Assembly (NCBI GenBank): GCA_964016885.1
Contig: OZ024743.1
Coordinates: forward strand, 297,662,001-297,726,000
Reading direction: 5' to 3'
Length of the DNA: 64,000 bases
Source: Eledone cirrhosa
Lineage: Eukaryota
Below are positions 1-13,603 of this stretch, piece after piece. A model generated the notes under the pieces. That model made no database searches and was not told the DNA's origin. It saw only the letters and a program-made list of their open reading frames with translations. Each line of letters begins with the position of its first letter. The first letter of the stretch is position 1. Position numbers and translations under genes: made by a program.

Positions 1-2136
1 TCACCAAATTTCATTTTGATGTCTGTTGAAAATTGTGTAATGAGCTCCAATTGTTTCTTGATGTCATTGATATTTGGCCCATACAACTTCAGGTCATCAA
101 CAAAGAAAAGATGGGAGATACTTCTGGACCCACTTCTTTGTCCACCTTGTTTCCTGAGTAGGTAAGATAGTGGATTTAGTGAGGGAACGAAGAGTAGCAC
201 TGACAAGCTATCACCCTGAAAGATGCCCTTCTGGTAATGTATCTTATCAGTCTTAACTAACTCCTTCTCACCTCTAAGGATCAAATTGGTGTACCAGTTC
301 TTGGTCAGACGTTCAACAGAAGCTACCAGTGGTTGTGGGACTTTGGCTAACTGTAAAGCCTTAACAATCCACCCATGAGGTACACTATCAAATGCATTTT
401 GATAGTCCAGCAACACCACAGTCACGTTTCTGCGATTCTTTGTTGTTTTTTCTTGAATCATTTTATTAGTTAGTAGGTGATCTATGCAACCCCACACCTC
501 CCTCTTTCCACCAGCTTGCTCAGGTGTTATGATGTTGTTGGTAGCACAGTGATCCTGTAGGAACAGGTTAAGGCACCCAGTATATAATTTATACATGATG
601 TTTTGGCAGGCTATTGGGCGGTAATTTTTAGCAAGGGTGGTTTGGCTATTTTGGGGAATGAGGAGAGTAGTGGCAGTTGATAACCATCTGGGCAGTTCTT
701 GTGTGCCTTTAATGGTTCCTGTAAATAGCCGTATGAGATCTTGCCGATAGAAAGTGAAATTCTTCAACCAGTATCCTGTAATGAGGTCTGGGCCTGGTGA
801 TTTCCTATTCGACATTTTCTGTAGAGCTGTTTCCAGTATTGACCCATCTATGTCATATTGTTTTGTCTGGACATGTTGGCAGTAGTCCTGTTCCAGTTCT
901 TTTAGCCAATTAGTTTGTCTGTTGAATCCGTCATCCGTTTCCCATACAGATCTCCAGTAGCTCTCAACCTGTTCTTTTGAAGGGGTGTCATTTACAGGGA
1001 TTGAGCTTTTGCCACCGAAGCTGCGATAAACTGATTTAGGATCTCTGGCAAACAATCTATTTAGCACTTGTCGTTTATGTGCTGTTGACTTATATTTTAG
1101 TCTTTTTGTTGTAGCTGTGATTTGTTGTTTCAACTGGTGTAATTTAGAGTTCAAAGTTTTAAATTTTGTATCTCCAAATCGTCTCTCTAACTTTTTTCTT
1201 ATGTCTTCCTGGTGTCGTGTGAAGTTGCTCTCTATGTTGCATTTCATAACGACTGCGATGTGTGAGATACTTCGTCTCAGGGACAAAATTTTGCTTTTTA
1301 AATTTCGCATCCACGCTGGTCCAGGCTTTTTGTTTGTATCTTAATTGCGTGGTTTTAGATGTGTGTTATATGATAGCAATGTGACAGCTGAAACATATAA
1401 CAAAATATTAAGCGTTTCAAATGTCGTTTCTACACCTTTAGATCGTATAGCCTTCAGATAATTGCCAGCTATTTCGTTCACCGCTTCCAATTTCAATTTA
1501 GTGGGTTCTTTAATGATTCTGGTGTTGTATGGTCTGTCACTCACAGTAAGGCTGTGTATCTTTTGAAACATATCGTCCCATATCACTTGTAATGTGTCCA
1601 CAAGATTTTGGTGTTCTGTTTGTACAGTAGAGTCATGAATTTCAGCCTCGTTGTTGGCAATTACTACTAGAGTTAGTTGACCATTCTCGTTGTTCTTCAG
1701 TGGAAGTGGGATGGATTTCAGCAAAATTGTTGGTGAGCTGTTCACTGTTAGATTTAGCTGGCCATTCTCTTTGTCTGTCAGTGGAGGTGAGGTGGTTGTC
1801 TACAAGGGCTGTATTTGTAGTATCACTCAATTCCATTAGATGTATCAATTTACATCTAATGATACGTGTTGCCTGTTCATTTAAATGCTTTGGAGAAAAG
1901 TCTAATTCTGGGTGTTTGGAGTTCCATAAGTTTTTAGCCTTTGCATAAAACCGAACTTTTGGGGTTCAGATTGTTTGTATGCTTCATATAATTCTTTGTT
2001 AAGCTCGTAGCTCCACTGTATACAACGGTTGTAGTTGCGATTTGGTCGAAGGATACTTGTACGTTTTGCCATGATGAGTTCGTCTATTCACTAATATTTT
2101 GTATTTAATTTTCAAAATAGTCGATGATCGTTTTTT
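1..2136 (-). mobile_element. Degraded R4/Dong-like non-LTR retrotransposon (N-terminal region and RT; runs off the window start)
   Basis: Manual minus-strand translation gives KSPGPDLITGYWLKNF (~770-810), NYRPIACQNIMYK (~590-630), LDYQNAFDSVPHGW (~370-412), GIFQGDSLS (~203-230) and HLFFVDDLKLYG (~78-113). The frame is broken by stops and frameshifts. Confidence 0.8.
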
Positions 2137-2191
2137 ATGTATGTATGTATGTATGTATGTATGTATGTATGTATGTATGTATGTATGTATG
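2137..2191. repeat. (TATG)n microsatellite
   Basis: Direct reading. Confidence 0.95.
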
Positions 2192-2700
2192 TTCTTTTTG
2201 GTAAATATCATCTTGGTTAAGAGAGTGGTACTGGCTTTTTGCAGTGCCTTTGCTCACTATAAAAGCTTCACGGCACAGGCATTGCTTTATATCTGGAGAT
2301 CTCTCTGCACTTGTCGTCACATGGTACCATGGGCCCAGCATTATGTGTCAATAATTGTTACGGCCCTTGCCATTCTGAGTTCAAATCCCGCCGAGGTTAA
2401 CTTTGCCTTTCATCCTTACGGGGTCGATAAAATAAAGTACCAGTAATGTACTGGGTAATTTCTGCCCTTGTGCCAATAGTAGAAACAATTATGTGTCAAT
2501 AATTTTCACAAGTGTAGTGTTTGTACCAGAGTTTTCAAGTCGCTGGCTGGACTAAAAAGTCACACTCGTTCAGCGCATCGGTAGGGGTTCTCCTACATGG
2601 ATATAAAGTAGTGGCCGTACTCGAAAACGAGTTGGCAGCCACCATGTATGTATGTATGTATGTATGTATGTATGTATGTATGTATGTATGTATGTATGTA
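2192..2700 (+). mobile_element. Non-autonomous retroposon with 3' stem-loop and (ATGT)n tail (RTE-related?), interrupted by a SINE
   Basis: Shares GAGAGT-GG-TGGCT, CTCACT-TAAAA...CACAGGCATTGC and the terminal TGGCC-TAC-CGA-AACGAG---CAGCCA-C(ATGT)n with 55975-56570. Confidence 0.5.
2357..2487 (+). mobile_element. tRNA-derived SINE, 5'-truncated
   Basis: B-box GAGTTCAAATCCC, core GCCTTTCATCCTTACGGGGTCGATAAAATAAAGTACC, tail CCTTGTGCCAATAGTAGAAACA. 17-bp TSD ATTATGTGTCAATAATT at 2340-2356 and 2488-2504. Confidence 0.9.
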
Positions 2701-2993
2701 TGTACGTATGTATGTATGTATGTATGTGTGTATGTATGTATGTATGTATATATGCACGTGTGTATTTAAGTATTTATGTATATATATATATATATAAACA
2801 TATGTATGTATATATGTACGAGTATGTATGTATATATGCATGTGAGTATTTAAGTATTTATGTATATATATATATATATATATACATAAATAGTTAAATA
2901 CACACATGCATATATACATACATACATATATACATACATATATTTGATGATCCCGTGAGTGTACAGAGTAACAAGGTTCACCACTTAGCCGTC

Positions 2994-3021
<28 letters not shown>

Positions 3022-3024
<3 letters not shown>

Positions 3025-3108
3025 CAACAGTAACATAAACAAGTACTTAAGTTTCTTTAGGTCCAGAACCCAAAGAAACCCATGTATCTGTTTATGTTAC
3101 TGTTGTAA
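3022..3108. repeat. Short inverted repeat (fold-back) beside (TA)n
   Basis: TTACAACAGTAACATAAAC ... GTTTATGTTACTGTTGTAA. Confidence 0.8.
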
Positions 3109-3201
3109 CTATTTATGCTAAAGTCGTCCTATGGATTGAGTGCTTTTACCCTTAGATATTTCTACCAAACTTTTACTATATATATATATATATTCCTTTT
3201 T

Positions 3202-3420
<219 letters not shown>

Positions 3421-3634
3421 AAATATACCTAACTGTATCAAGGATCTCACACATTTTCCAATATATATATAATTGTTTCATTGATCAGGTGAGTTTAGAG
3501 GCCACAAATCGTTCGAAGTTGCGTCACTCGATCTCCATTACATTATTTACCTCTGTTCAAATCCTCAGAAAACTATCCACGACACAGAGTAATCACAACC
3601 TCTAAGTGGATTACCTATAACGATAACTTGTTAT

Positions 3635-3680
<46 letters not shown>

Positions 3681-3726
3681 AATAGTTTACCGCTCTACAT
3701 GGCTGAATACAATAAATGTAATCTGA

Positions 3727-3839
3727 GTAAGGATGAAAGGCAAAGTCAACCTCGGTGGGATTTGAACTCAGATCGTAAAGGGACGTAACTATGCTGAAAA
3801 GCATGGCGTCCGACCCTCTACCGATACTGCCAATCCACC
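3727..3839 (-). mobile_element. tRNA-derived SINE, 3' part missing
   Basis: Reverse complement reads GGTGGATTGGCAGTATCGGTAGAGGG...GAGTTCAAATCCC...GCCTTTCATCCTTAC. Confidence 0.85.
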
Positions 3840-3841
3840 AA

Positions 3842-4220
3842 TAATAATATTCGATTCGTTTGCAATTATGCAAACAGCCTCTTTAAGCTCTGTCAGTAGA
3901 ATGATACCGTCATTTTTGCTCTTGTGTTGGCATAGAAACAGAACTGCAGATACTAATGTTTCTGGGTGATTACCCTTCATAAGTAAAGTATACTGCTTAC
4001 CTGCTAATTGTCAATGTATATTTTAGAAAATATATATTTTCACTAGCTCTGACAGTTGGCAGGTAAGCAGTATAGTGTCTTGATGAAGGGTAATCACCCA
4101 GAAACATTAGTGTCTGCCGTTCTGTTTACATACCCACACAAGAGCAAAATGACGGAGTCATTCTACTGACATGGCTTAGAGACTGTTTGCATAATTGCAA
4201 ACAAATGGAATATTATTATT
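3842..4220. repeat. Fold-back with ~170-bp arms carrying a hammerhead-like motif (Penelope pLTR-like)
   Basis: Arms ~3842-4013 and ~4051-4220 are imperfect reverse complements. TTGATGA-AGGG-TAATCA-CCCA-GAAAC at ~4080-4105. Confidence 0.7.
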
Positions 4221-4240
4221 AATATTCAAAAAACTTGGAT

Positions 4241-4318
<78 letters not shown>

Positions 4319-4342
4319 CATATATATATATATATATATATT

Positions 4343-4411
<69 letters not shown>

Positions 4412-4543
4412 GTAACATGTGCTTATGCCATATTTGACTAAATAGAATGAATCTGTTAGTTGGGATTTTAAAAAACCCTCTGCATGGATAAAGGATGAGT
4501 ATTGACGTACATAACTTCTAATTGAATGGAAGATGGCATGGGT

Positions 4544-4614
4544 GGCGTATTGGTGTAATGGTAACACATTGATCCGGCAGACCAAGGATGTGGGTTCGTG
4601 TCCCATGTACGTCA
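4544..4614 (+). pseudogene. tRNA-like cloverleaf with anticodon GGC (Ala); probably a SINE head or pseudo-tRNA
   Basis: Acceptor GGCGTAT/GTACGTC+A, D-arm GTGT-AATGGTA-ACAC, anticodon arm TTGAT-CCGGCAG-ACCAA (one mismatch), T-arm GTGGG-TTCGTGT-CCCAT. Confidence 0.65.
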
Positions 4615-4680
4615 ATACTCATCTTTTTTTCCTATTCAGAGGGTTTTTTTTAAATCCCAACTAACAGACTAATTCTATTT

Positions 4681-4711
4681 AATACCCGAGCAACACCGGG
4701 TACCTCTCCTA

Positions 4712-4749
<38 letters not shown>

Positions 4750-4786
4750 TAGCAGAGGTACCCGGTGTTGCTCGGGTATTAAATAG
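4681..4786. mobile_element. Two Helitron-like 3' termini tail-to-tail around (TA)n
   Basis: CCCG-AGCAACAC-CGGG hairpin followed by TACCTCTC-CTAG|T, mirrored on the other strand after the (TA)n run. Confidence 0.5.
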
Positions 4787-5141
4787 CAGTTGTGTATACC
4801 ATTTATGTCAATACTTCAGTGCTGTATATGTATGTATGTATACATATATGTCCGTATGTAGTTGACGGTTGGGAGAGAAAAGTAGGAGCAGGAAACGTTC
4901 TATGGCTAAAGTAAAGGTTGTACTGGCACACGGGGGAAAGTAGAAATAGCTAATAAAGACAGACAGTAAGATATAAACAGATAACATATGTTTTTTATGC
5001 CTGTGAGAGTCAATATTTTCATAAACGGAACTGTAACATCTGTTTCAATACATGTATCACATTTTTGAAATGATGTAATAGACAAGCGATGTGTATACGT
5101 GCCATTCGACATGTATAGCACAATTTTGTAGATTATTATAT

Positions 5142-5240
5142 CGCCGAGGTTGACTTTGCCTTTCATCCTTACGGGGTCGATAAAATAAAGTACCAGTAAT
5201 GCACTGGGTAATTGCTGGCCTTGTGCCTAAAGTAGAAACA
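5142..5240 (+). mobile_element. tRNA-derived SINE, 5'-truncated
   Basis: Core and tail match the other copies; followed by ATTATAT. Confidence 0.85.
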
Positions 5241-6088
5241 ATTATATATACCAGGGATCAGCAGGTTCATTTTGTAGTGGATCACTTTTGATATTGTTAC
5301 TTTTAGCTACATGTATATTATATACAAGTTAGTTATTTCTTCGTGCTCCCAATGGAACATTAGGAGACAAGAAATCTCCGTCTAGCACTACAGTATGTCT
5401 CGTCACAATTCTGCTCTAAAGCTGGGCTCATCTCAGCTAAATTCTTTTCCACAGATTCTAACAAAGCTCGCGTTGCCTCTTATACCACTCTCCATCTTCC
5501 ACCTGTGACAGGCTCACATTGGTATCTTCTTAAGCATAAATAACACATGGCCGAAAACTCGACATTATCTTCCACAGAAAAAATTATCTGAGGCCCACAA
5601 AAAATTCTTTAGTGTTCATTACGTGCACTGTGACCCACATCTTCCCAACATCTGATATACACTCCTGATCTTTGAGACAAGGTATGATGTATTACCTATG
5701 TTTTTGCATCACCAAAGGGTTTCGTGACCATAAATACAATCAAAATAACTGAAATTTGAAAAGACGCTGGATAACTGTCTTGTTAAGAAGGACCTCCATT
5801 TGTTGGTTGAGAACGCGATAGCGACACGAAATATATAAACCATCCAGTCGATGCAAACAACCCGGAACTTGATGGCACCACATTGTCTGCTCTTACGGAG
5901 TTAATTATTTTATACACAGTGCTCTCTCTCTCTCTCACTCTCTCTCTCTGTCTCTCTCTCTCTCTCTCTATCTCGTTCTCTCTCTCTCTCTCTCTCTTTC
6001 AGTGTATGTATATATATGTATATATATACATACAGTATATATATTACACACACACACACACATATATATAAATATATATATGCATACA

Positions 6089-6173
<85 letters not shown>

Positions 6174-6175
<2 letters not shown>

Positions 6176-6296
6176 GAAAAAATATGACCCCGACGGCAGA
6201 GCTCAAGCCGTTTCGACGGCTAATTCTGGACAGAAATAGCCGTTGAAACGGCTCGAGCTCTGCCGTCGGGGTCATACTTTTTCCTATTTCCCACTC
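6174..6296. repeat. GC-rich palindrome beside (TA)n
   Basis: ATGACCCCGACGGCAGAGCTCAAGCCGTTTCGACGGCTA ... TAGCCGTTGAAACGGCTCGAGCTCTGCCGTCGGGGTCAT. Confidence 0.85.
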
Positions 6297-6351
6297 TACT
6301 ACCCTAAGTATTGAGTACTCTGATGCGTTATGGTCCATCTGGTTCCTTACC

Positions 6352-6397
<46 letters not shown>

Positions 6398-6600
6398 TTT
6401 TATTTGTTTGACCCGAATTACTTGGTCGTTTCTTTGGCTGTGCGGATGTTTGTTTAACCATCGTCTCAGTGTGTTTGGCCTTTAACGTATGTTGTAGCTC
6501 TGGTTCATCTGAATCATTGAGCGCTTGCCACACATCTCGGAAGTTGTTTTTCGTTAATTCCTAATTCCTAAGCCGAAATACGATTCTCGCTAATTTATTA

Positions 6601-6683
<83 letters not shown>

Positions 6684-6872
6684 CATTTTGATATATATAA
6701 ATTTTGAGGATGCGAGTGTGTCCAATGACGCCGAAATTCGTTTGCTCTAACTCATATGATTTCGGTTCCTAAGAGAAATAACAACACTACTAGGAGCTGG
6801 ACATATCGATGGATTGACGGAGTAAAACACACTCCAACAACATGTGTACCTGTCCTTCCCACGCCAATTCAG

Positions 6873-6927
6873 ACTGCCTGAAGACGTGACAGCCAATGAT
6901 GGCTGTCACCGAAATATATATACCAGT
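6873..6927 (+). ncRNA. Degenerate minimal hammerhead-ribozyme-like motif
   Basis: ACTG-C-CTGAAGA-C-[GTGACAGCCA-ATGA-TGGCTGTCAC]-C-GAAA-TATATA-TA-C-CAGT. Both core boxes and a 10-bp stem II are present; the stem-closing pairs are mismatched. Confidence 0.5.
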
Positions 6928-6978
6928 ATATCTATAATTTGTAATAAACGAAGCCAAATTTTACATATTTGACTTAAT

Positions 6979-7015
<37 letters not shown>

Positions 7016-7723
7016 CAAAGTAAAAAACAAAAACAATAACAAGGAGTGCAGTTACGAACGGTGTTGGTATTAGGTTCACGCTTGAGAGTGCGGGGGACAT
7101 ATATATATATGTGTGTGTGGGGGGGGGGGGTGATAAGTTTTCTATGATAAGTTATATTAACTATAGCAGAAGGGAACTTTCTCGCTTTGGGGTGGTTATC
7201 CCGCGATAAACGGATAGCGGGTACAGATGCACCGAAATCCTACTGGTTGCCAAAGCTAGCAGTAAATTTTGGCTGGCTTGAACTCGCACTGACCATATCG
7301 AGTTGTCGGCCGAGAGAGAACATACAAGGTTGGTAGTATTCTGGGTGGTAGGTTAAGGGGTCAGCCACCCACACCCCTGAGATTGCGCAGTGCTGTCGGG
7401 ATGACCTGAAACCAGAAGGGGGCGGACAACCAAAGCAAAAACACATTTTTTTAGTCTGCTCCCTTCCACATATAATTGCCTCAGAGATGTTACTTTTTAA
7501 TCAATTTTTGCTATCTGGAGAGATCACAATATTTATCGTCATTTAAATATGTATAACGGCTCAATTAATAAAGGACTCTAACATTTTCAACTTCGCATTT
7601 TCATCTTTATTAATATACTCCGTCACCCCTGTTCTTAAGAAGTAATATGGCGTTCAGCGCTAGAAGTGAATTGCATCCTTGTATACCAGATATAGATATA
7701 TATATATATAGATATATATATAG

Positions 7724-7796
<73 letters not shown>

Positions 7797-7901
7797 CACC
7801 CCAAACGTATAATTGGGACTATACTAAGGTATATCCTAATGTTTGTTGAGTGAGACGGAAGTCGGTCGGAGTATTGCTTAAAACTTTCTCTGTTAATGTA
7901 T

Positions 7902-8032
<131 letters not shown>

Positions 8033-8143
8033 AACTACATCAGAAGATGCCTCGCATTCATTCACCTTCAGTGTATATAGCCAGCCTTACCTAGATGTTG
8101 ATGTCATCAGAGAGTGTCCAACGTTCATTATGTATTTCGACGC

Positions 8144-8327
8144 GGTGGATTGGCAGTATAGGTAGAGGGTCGGACGCCATGCTTTGCAACATAGAGTTAC
8201 GCCCCTTTATGGTCTGAGTTCGAATCCCGCCGAGGTTAACTTTGCCTTTCATCCTTACGGGGTCGATAGAATAAAGTACCAGTAATGCACTGGGATAATT
8301 GCTGGCATTGTGCCAAAAGTAGAAACA
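8144..8327 (+). mobile_element. Full-length tRNA-derived SINE
   Basis: A-box TGGCAGTATAGG and B-box GAGTTCGAATCCC. 17-bp TSD ATTATGTATTTCGACGC at 8127-8143 and 8328-8344. Confidence 0.92.
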
Positions 8328-8668
8328 ATTATGTATTTCGACGCTCTTACTGGTGGGTCAGCAGTGGTGGTCAAATTACTGACCATCTTCACCTTCTGGC
8401 TTCCAACTTATCTCTTCCTTCCTGCTCAAAAGCAAACAAAAGACCCTTTCTGCTATCTCCCCATCCTGCGAACTGCAGCCTTCTTCTCTCTTCCTGTTAT
8501 TCCAAGTCATACTGAGTGCGCCGGGAATTTCCAGCATCCCACCACGACTGGAAATAGCCATGCCTGCCAACCCCTCTCCCTACACTCCTGCACAATTTCT
8601 TGATATTTGGCACTTTTGCTCTCAAAGGTGTTGCCGCTCTCTTCTTCTCATGGGACTATGTTTGTGTG

Positions 8669-8785
<117 letters not shown>

Positions 8786-9704
8786 GTATGCGCGTGTGTG
8801 TGTTTAGAGAGAGGAGGCGAGATAGGGACACCAGACAAAGAGACAGATTGACAGGAAAACAGTGAATGTATAAATCATTAGAAGACATCGCAGACAAAAC
8901 AAAACACTATACAAAGTCTGTTAATTTCACTTTATATTCATCATTTATTTCCTGATGTTAAAAGTTTTGTTACACTGTTCGCGCTGTGGTCAATGACAAA
9001 ATTCTAGAGCAACTCATTTATTATGTGTATTTATTTATTGCTAAATTGATCCTCCCCGATGTTGATGCTTTAGTTTCAATACACGCTTCCAAAATAAATT
9101 ACTTGCCAGAGAATTTACAAACCCGTAAACAACAAAACAAAAACCCAAAATATTCAGCAAAAAAGAAAAAGTAGTAAAAAAATGAATAGGAAAATTAAAT
9201 AAGGAGTGAAAGATAAAGTAGATGAATTTGAATGCTGAGTAGTATAGAAAACACCAGAAAAGAACTGTAGATGTGATATACTAATCGCCCAAAATGCTAA
9301 GCTTGAAAAGTCAAATAATTTTAGTTCAACGCATAGCCAAACATTGTTCATATAATTTTTAGCTTTATTATTTTATTTTTGCACTGAACATTTGGATTCC
9401 ATTTATCTATTTTGTTTTTAGTTTATTTTATTATATTTATTTATACATCTTATTTTTATTGTTTATTGTTGTGTTTATTTTTTTTTCAATCTTATCTTTT
9501 TCGCTTCTTTGTCTCCAACCAAACATTATTATAGCCGAAAGAACAAAGGAACCATTTTTTTGTGGGGGCAACTTCCCATTTGAACTGTTGTTATGACACT
9601 GTCCTGATGTGCAAACTATAATGACGATGCAATCGGTCAATTCTAAATTCAAATCCTACTGCTTTTGCAGAATATAGCTACACATACACACACACACATA
9701 CATA

Positions 9705-10446
9705 GTGGCCAAAACACTGTACAATGCAATCCGTAGAAAAGATAGCCCCGATAATAAACACATTAAAAGCTACAGCAATATGGAAGACATACATATACAT
9801 ACTATGAAAGAGTACTGGTGGAATGTTCCAGTAAAAACCCCAATGAAATGCAGGCATAACAGACCAGATATGATATGAGTCAGGGAAAAGAAGGCATGCA
9901 CAGTAGTGGAAGTTAGCTGCCCAGCAGATGCCAATATAATATCAAAGATTAGCGAAAAGGAGAATATTTATGCAGAACTGATGAGAAATCTGCAAATACT
10001 CCACACTGATTATACCTTCAGATTTATACCTGTGGTTATTGGGGCACTGGGATATGTTAGTAACTGCCCCAATACATATCTTGAGAAGCTGGGCTTCACA
10101 GGAACAGAAAGAACACAACTAGTTAGGAAATTACAAGTACAGTCCATTAATGGAACAGTAAAAATATGTAAAACATTCCAAATATTTTCCTAACTAGTTG
10201 TGTTCTTTCTGTTCCTGTGAAGCCCAGCTTCTCAAGATATGTATTGAGGCAGTTACTAACATATCCCAGTGCCCCAATAATCACAGGCATAAATCTCAAG
10301 GTATAATCGGGGTGGAGTATCTGCAGATTTCTTATCAGTTCTGCATAAATATTCTCCTTTTCGCTAATCTTTGATATTATATTGGCATCTGCTGGGCAGC
10401 TAACTTCCACTACTGTGCATGCCTTCTTTTCCTTGTCCCATATCAT
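9705..10446 (+). mobile_element. 3' RLE fragment of an R4/Dong-like element with an inverted duplication
   Basis: HNRPDMI...VVEVSCP...EKENIY...IPVVIGALG. Arms ~9870-10130 and ~10187-10446 are reverse complements, and the same peptide appears on both strands in the ORF track. Confidence 0.8.
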
Positions 10447-10740
10447 TATATGTATGCATGTATGTATGTATGTATGTATGTATGTATGTATGTATTTATG
10501 TATGTATATATGCCCACGCACACACACACATATATATATATGCATGAATGATGTGGGTGTGTATATCTGTGAGTGGGTGGATGTGGTTGGATGGGTGTGT
10601 GGATGAATCTGTATTACATTTAAATGCAGCACGTTAAGTGCATACATATATACATACGTACATACGCAAATAAGTATGCATAGATTCACATGTAAGTATA
10701 TATACGAAGATATATATATATATATATATATATATTTATC

Positions 10741-10816
<76 letters not shown>

Positions 10817-11366
10817 ATATACACTCGGGATAACATGTACATAGAAATATCTCTATAAATGTACATATAGATATACGCAATTTATGAATGCATAAATACT
10901 GTGCAGAAAATTAAAATGTTGAAGAACTGTGTCTGAATGATAGCAAATGGAGCTGGTTGTCTATCTAAATGAATAGTGTAATTATTTTTCGTTTCGTTTT
11001 TTGTTTCTTTTTGTAAGCTATTTATTAACGTTAAGTAAAATTATTTTGGTATATAAGCGATCTTTCAGGTTTAAAACTTCTAGATAGGGATTGCTTTGAT
11101 TAGTTTCTAGACAAAGAATGTATTTTAACGGCAGAGGATGTTGCGCAAACACCCTCTTTGTTCTGTATAATTCGCCAAGCTAGAAAGGGATTGTAACGAT
11201 AAAGTTGTTTTTCTTTTCGGCTAGCAACACTATAAACCCAGAGTAGTTGAATTTTCTCTAAAATAGTAATACGTCTTAATCCTACTATATATTATTTATC
11301 ACTGTATATTCACTCCTGTTTGTTATATTGACTTTAGAATGTAATGTGTTAGATAGCTTAATTAAT

Positions 11367-11536
11367 TGTTTCTACTTTAGGCACAAGGCCAGCAATTACC
11401 CAGTACTTTATTTTATCGACCCCGTAAGGATGAAAGGCAAAGTTAACCTCGGCGGGATTTGAACTCAGACTGTAAAGGGACGTAACTATGCTAGAAAGCA
11501 TGGCGTCCGACTCTCTACCGATACTGCCAATCCACC
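11367..11536 (-). mobile_element. tRNA-derived SINE, near full length
   Basis: Head, core and tail present. TSD TTAATTAAT at 11358-11366 and 11537-11545. Confidence 0.9.
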
Positions 11537-12099
11537 TTAATTAATCTCAGGAACTTATACATAATATTACTGACTCCTCATTAAAATGGAAGATTGTTAA
11601 TCAACCTAAGAAGACAGAGGTTCTCGACCTGTGGTAAATTTACACTCAGGGTTAATTTTCCCCCCCCATGAGATAAATGTGCTGATTTTGAATTTGTACA
11701 TTCTTATTTCACTTATAATTAAAAAATAATCTAAAGCTGAGAAGAAAATCTGAAGAAGGCCTATTTTGTTTATTAAAATACTATGTAATTTGTTTTCTTA
11801 CCAGCGTTTTAGACTCAGCGTATTTTATATTTCTTGATTATCATATTACCAATTTAGTAGTCTAATTCAGAGAGTTTGGTATCAAATACATGTCTCAAAT
11901 CGAATCACTTGCCTAACCAGTACAGCTCTGAAAGTTTATTGAACATCAATGACAAATAATTTCTTAGTGAGAAAGAAAAAAAAAAGGAATTAAATAATGA
12001 AGCCAGAGGAAAGGAAAAAGAGGGAGAGATTCTACATCCCTGTTTAGGCGGTATGTCTCAGCTACTTTCAGCGGATAAGACTACTTAAGCGTTTTCATG

Positions 12100-12380
12100 G
12101 GAACACCTTGCCAGGCGAAAGCATTGCCAGTGACATCCACTGCATTCACAGGGCTCCTTCAGTCGGGATGCACTGCTCCCAATTGTTTTGGAGGAAGACA
12201 GCAGTTCGGGGAATGAGGATACCTGAGGTCTCGACGGCAACCAGCACGTAAAGGAAGCAGTCGATCATATCCTGGTATTTAGATATCTTCTACCTCTCTG
12301 CGTTAAGAGTGGTATTGCTCTGGCTGGTAACCAAGGTGACATTCGTTGGGGAGAAGAATGTCTTGCAGCACGTGGCGTTA
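12100..12380 (-). mobile_element. Degraded RLE-domain fragment, CRE-like non-LTR element
   Basis: Manual translation NATCCKT...AER*KISKY...VLVAVETSG resembles the DATC/KY/AVETxG pattern of CRE-type endonucleases. Confidence 0.45.
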
Positions 12381-13603
12381 TAAATTAGAGTTTTACTCAC
12401 TGCGTTTTCTTTTCTATTTTTTGCGGTGTGAGTTCAAATCTCGCCGAGGTGAATTTTGTTTTTCGTTCTTTCAGGTTTGAATAAACTAAGTCCCGGTTCA
12501 AGATGGAATTGTTAGAACATATTACGAAATGCCTTACTGTATTTGTTCTGATTCTTTGCGTCCTGAGTTAAAATTGCGCTGGGTAAACGTAATTTAGAGC
12601 CTCCACCTGGCTCTTGGGTGTCTTTAGCGGAGGCCACTCTATCACAAGTATTCTTGCCAGGTCTCCGGTTTGAAAGTCCAGAAAAGGATAATGAACACTG
12701 ACTTTTCTGCCCTAAATCCTAAACTATTTGAGAAAAATGTTTATTAAAAGGTCGTGGTTGGCGGCAGCATCACAGGAACGGTATAGCACCTAACTAAATA
12801 TTTTAGAATTTATTTCCATTGTTCCATTTTTTGTTCAAATCCCACCAGAGTAAACTCTGGCACTCATCGCTTTAGCATCAATAATCACCATCTATATCAC
12901 CTTGCTCTGACTGTTGCTACTCAATCGCGCCATCAAACAAAATACCGCATAGCGTTTGAGCTGCCAGCAAGGCAATATCCCGCGCCAGTACAGAACTAGC
13001 AAATGAAGGCATTTCCTATGTGAAACAGTGGGCTAGCCGTGTAAGCTTCGTGAAAATATCAACAGCGACACTTACAAGATGCTGGGTAGAGGAATCTCTT
13101 TGAAACCAATGCTAGGATAACTGAGTTACCAAAGTATGTTATTGCTATTATCGATATATGTCGTTAAGCTAACGAAAGACTTAAATGACTCAGACAATAA
13201 GGGTTGATAAAGTAGGTACTAAGACATTATTAGTACCTACTTGGGTCCATTCAGTTGCTTACATCAATCTTATTTTGCTTCTATGTAAAAATTCGTTATC
13301 AAATTCTAAGTGAAATTTAATTTTTCTATGAAAGCAGAACGTTGAAGATGAAAGATGAGAATATTAAACATGTAGAAGTTTTATCTAAAAACAAACAAAC
13401 AAACAAGAACAACAGAAGACTATGCTAGCTTTGATTATATAAATAGTCTCAGAACTATATGGCTATTGCTGATAAGGAATATGGTTGAAGAAAAAAAATT
13501 ATTATTCTCTGTGCTCTCCACTTTATAACCTTCCCTACAACTCACAAAAATTTGAAAATAATTGTAACAACAATATTAACAGCAACAAAAAACCAATAAT
13601 AAT

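Noticed and set aside
7180-7446. GC-richer island, possibly a structured RNA or element UTR
   Set aside because: No second copy in the window and no recognisable motif or frame.
12425-12885. Three faint SINE-like B-box/core remnants
   Set aside because: Too degraded to set boundaries or assign a family.
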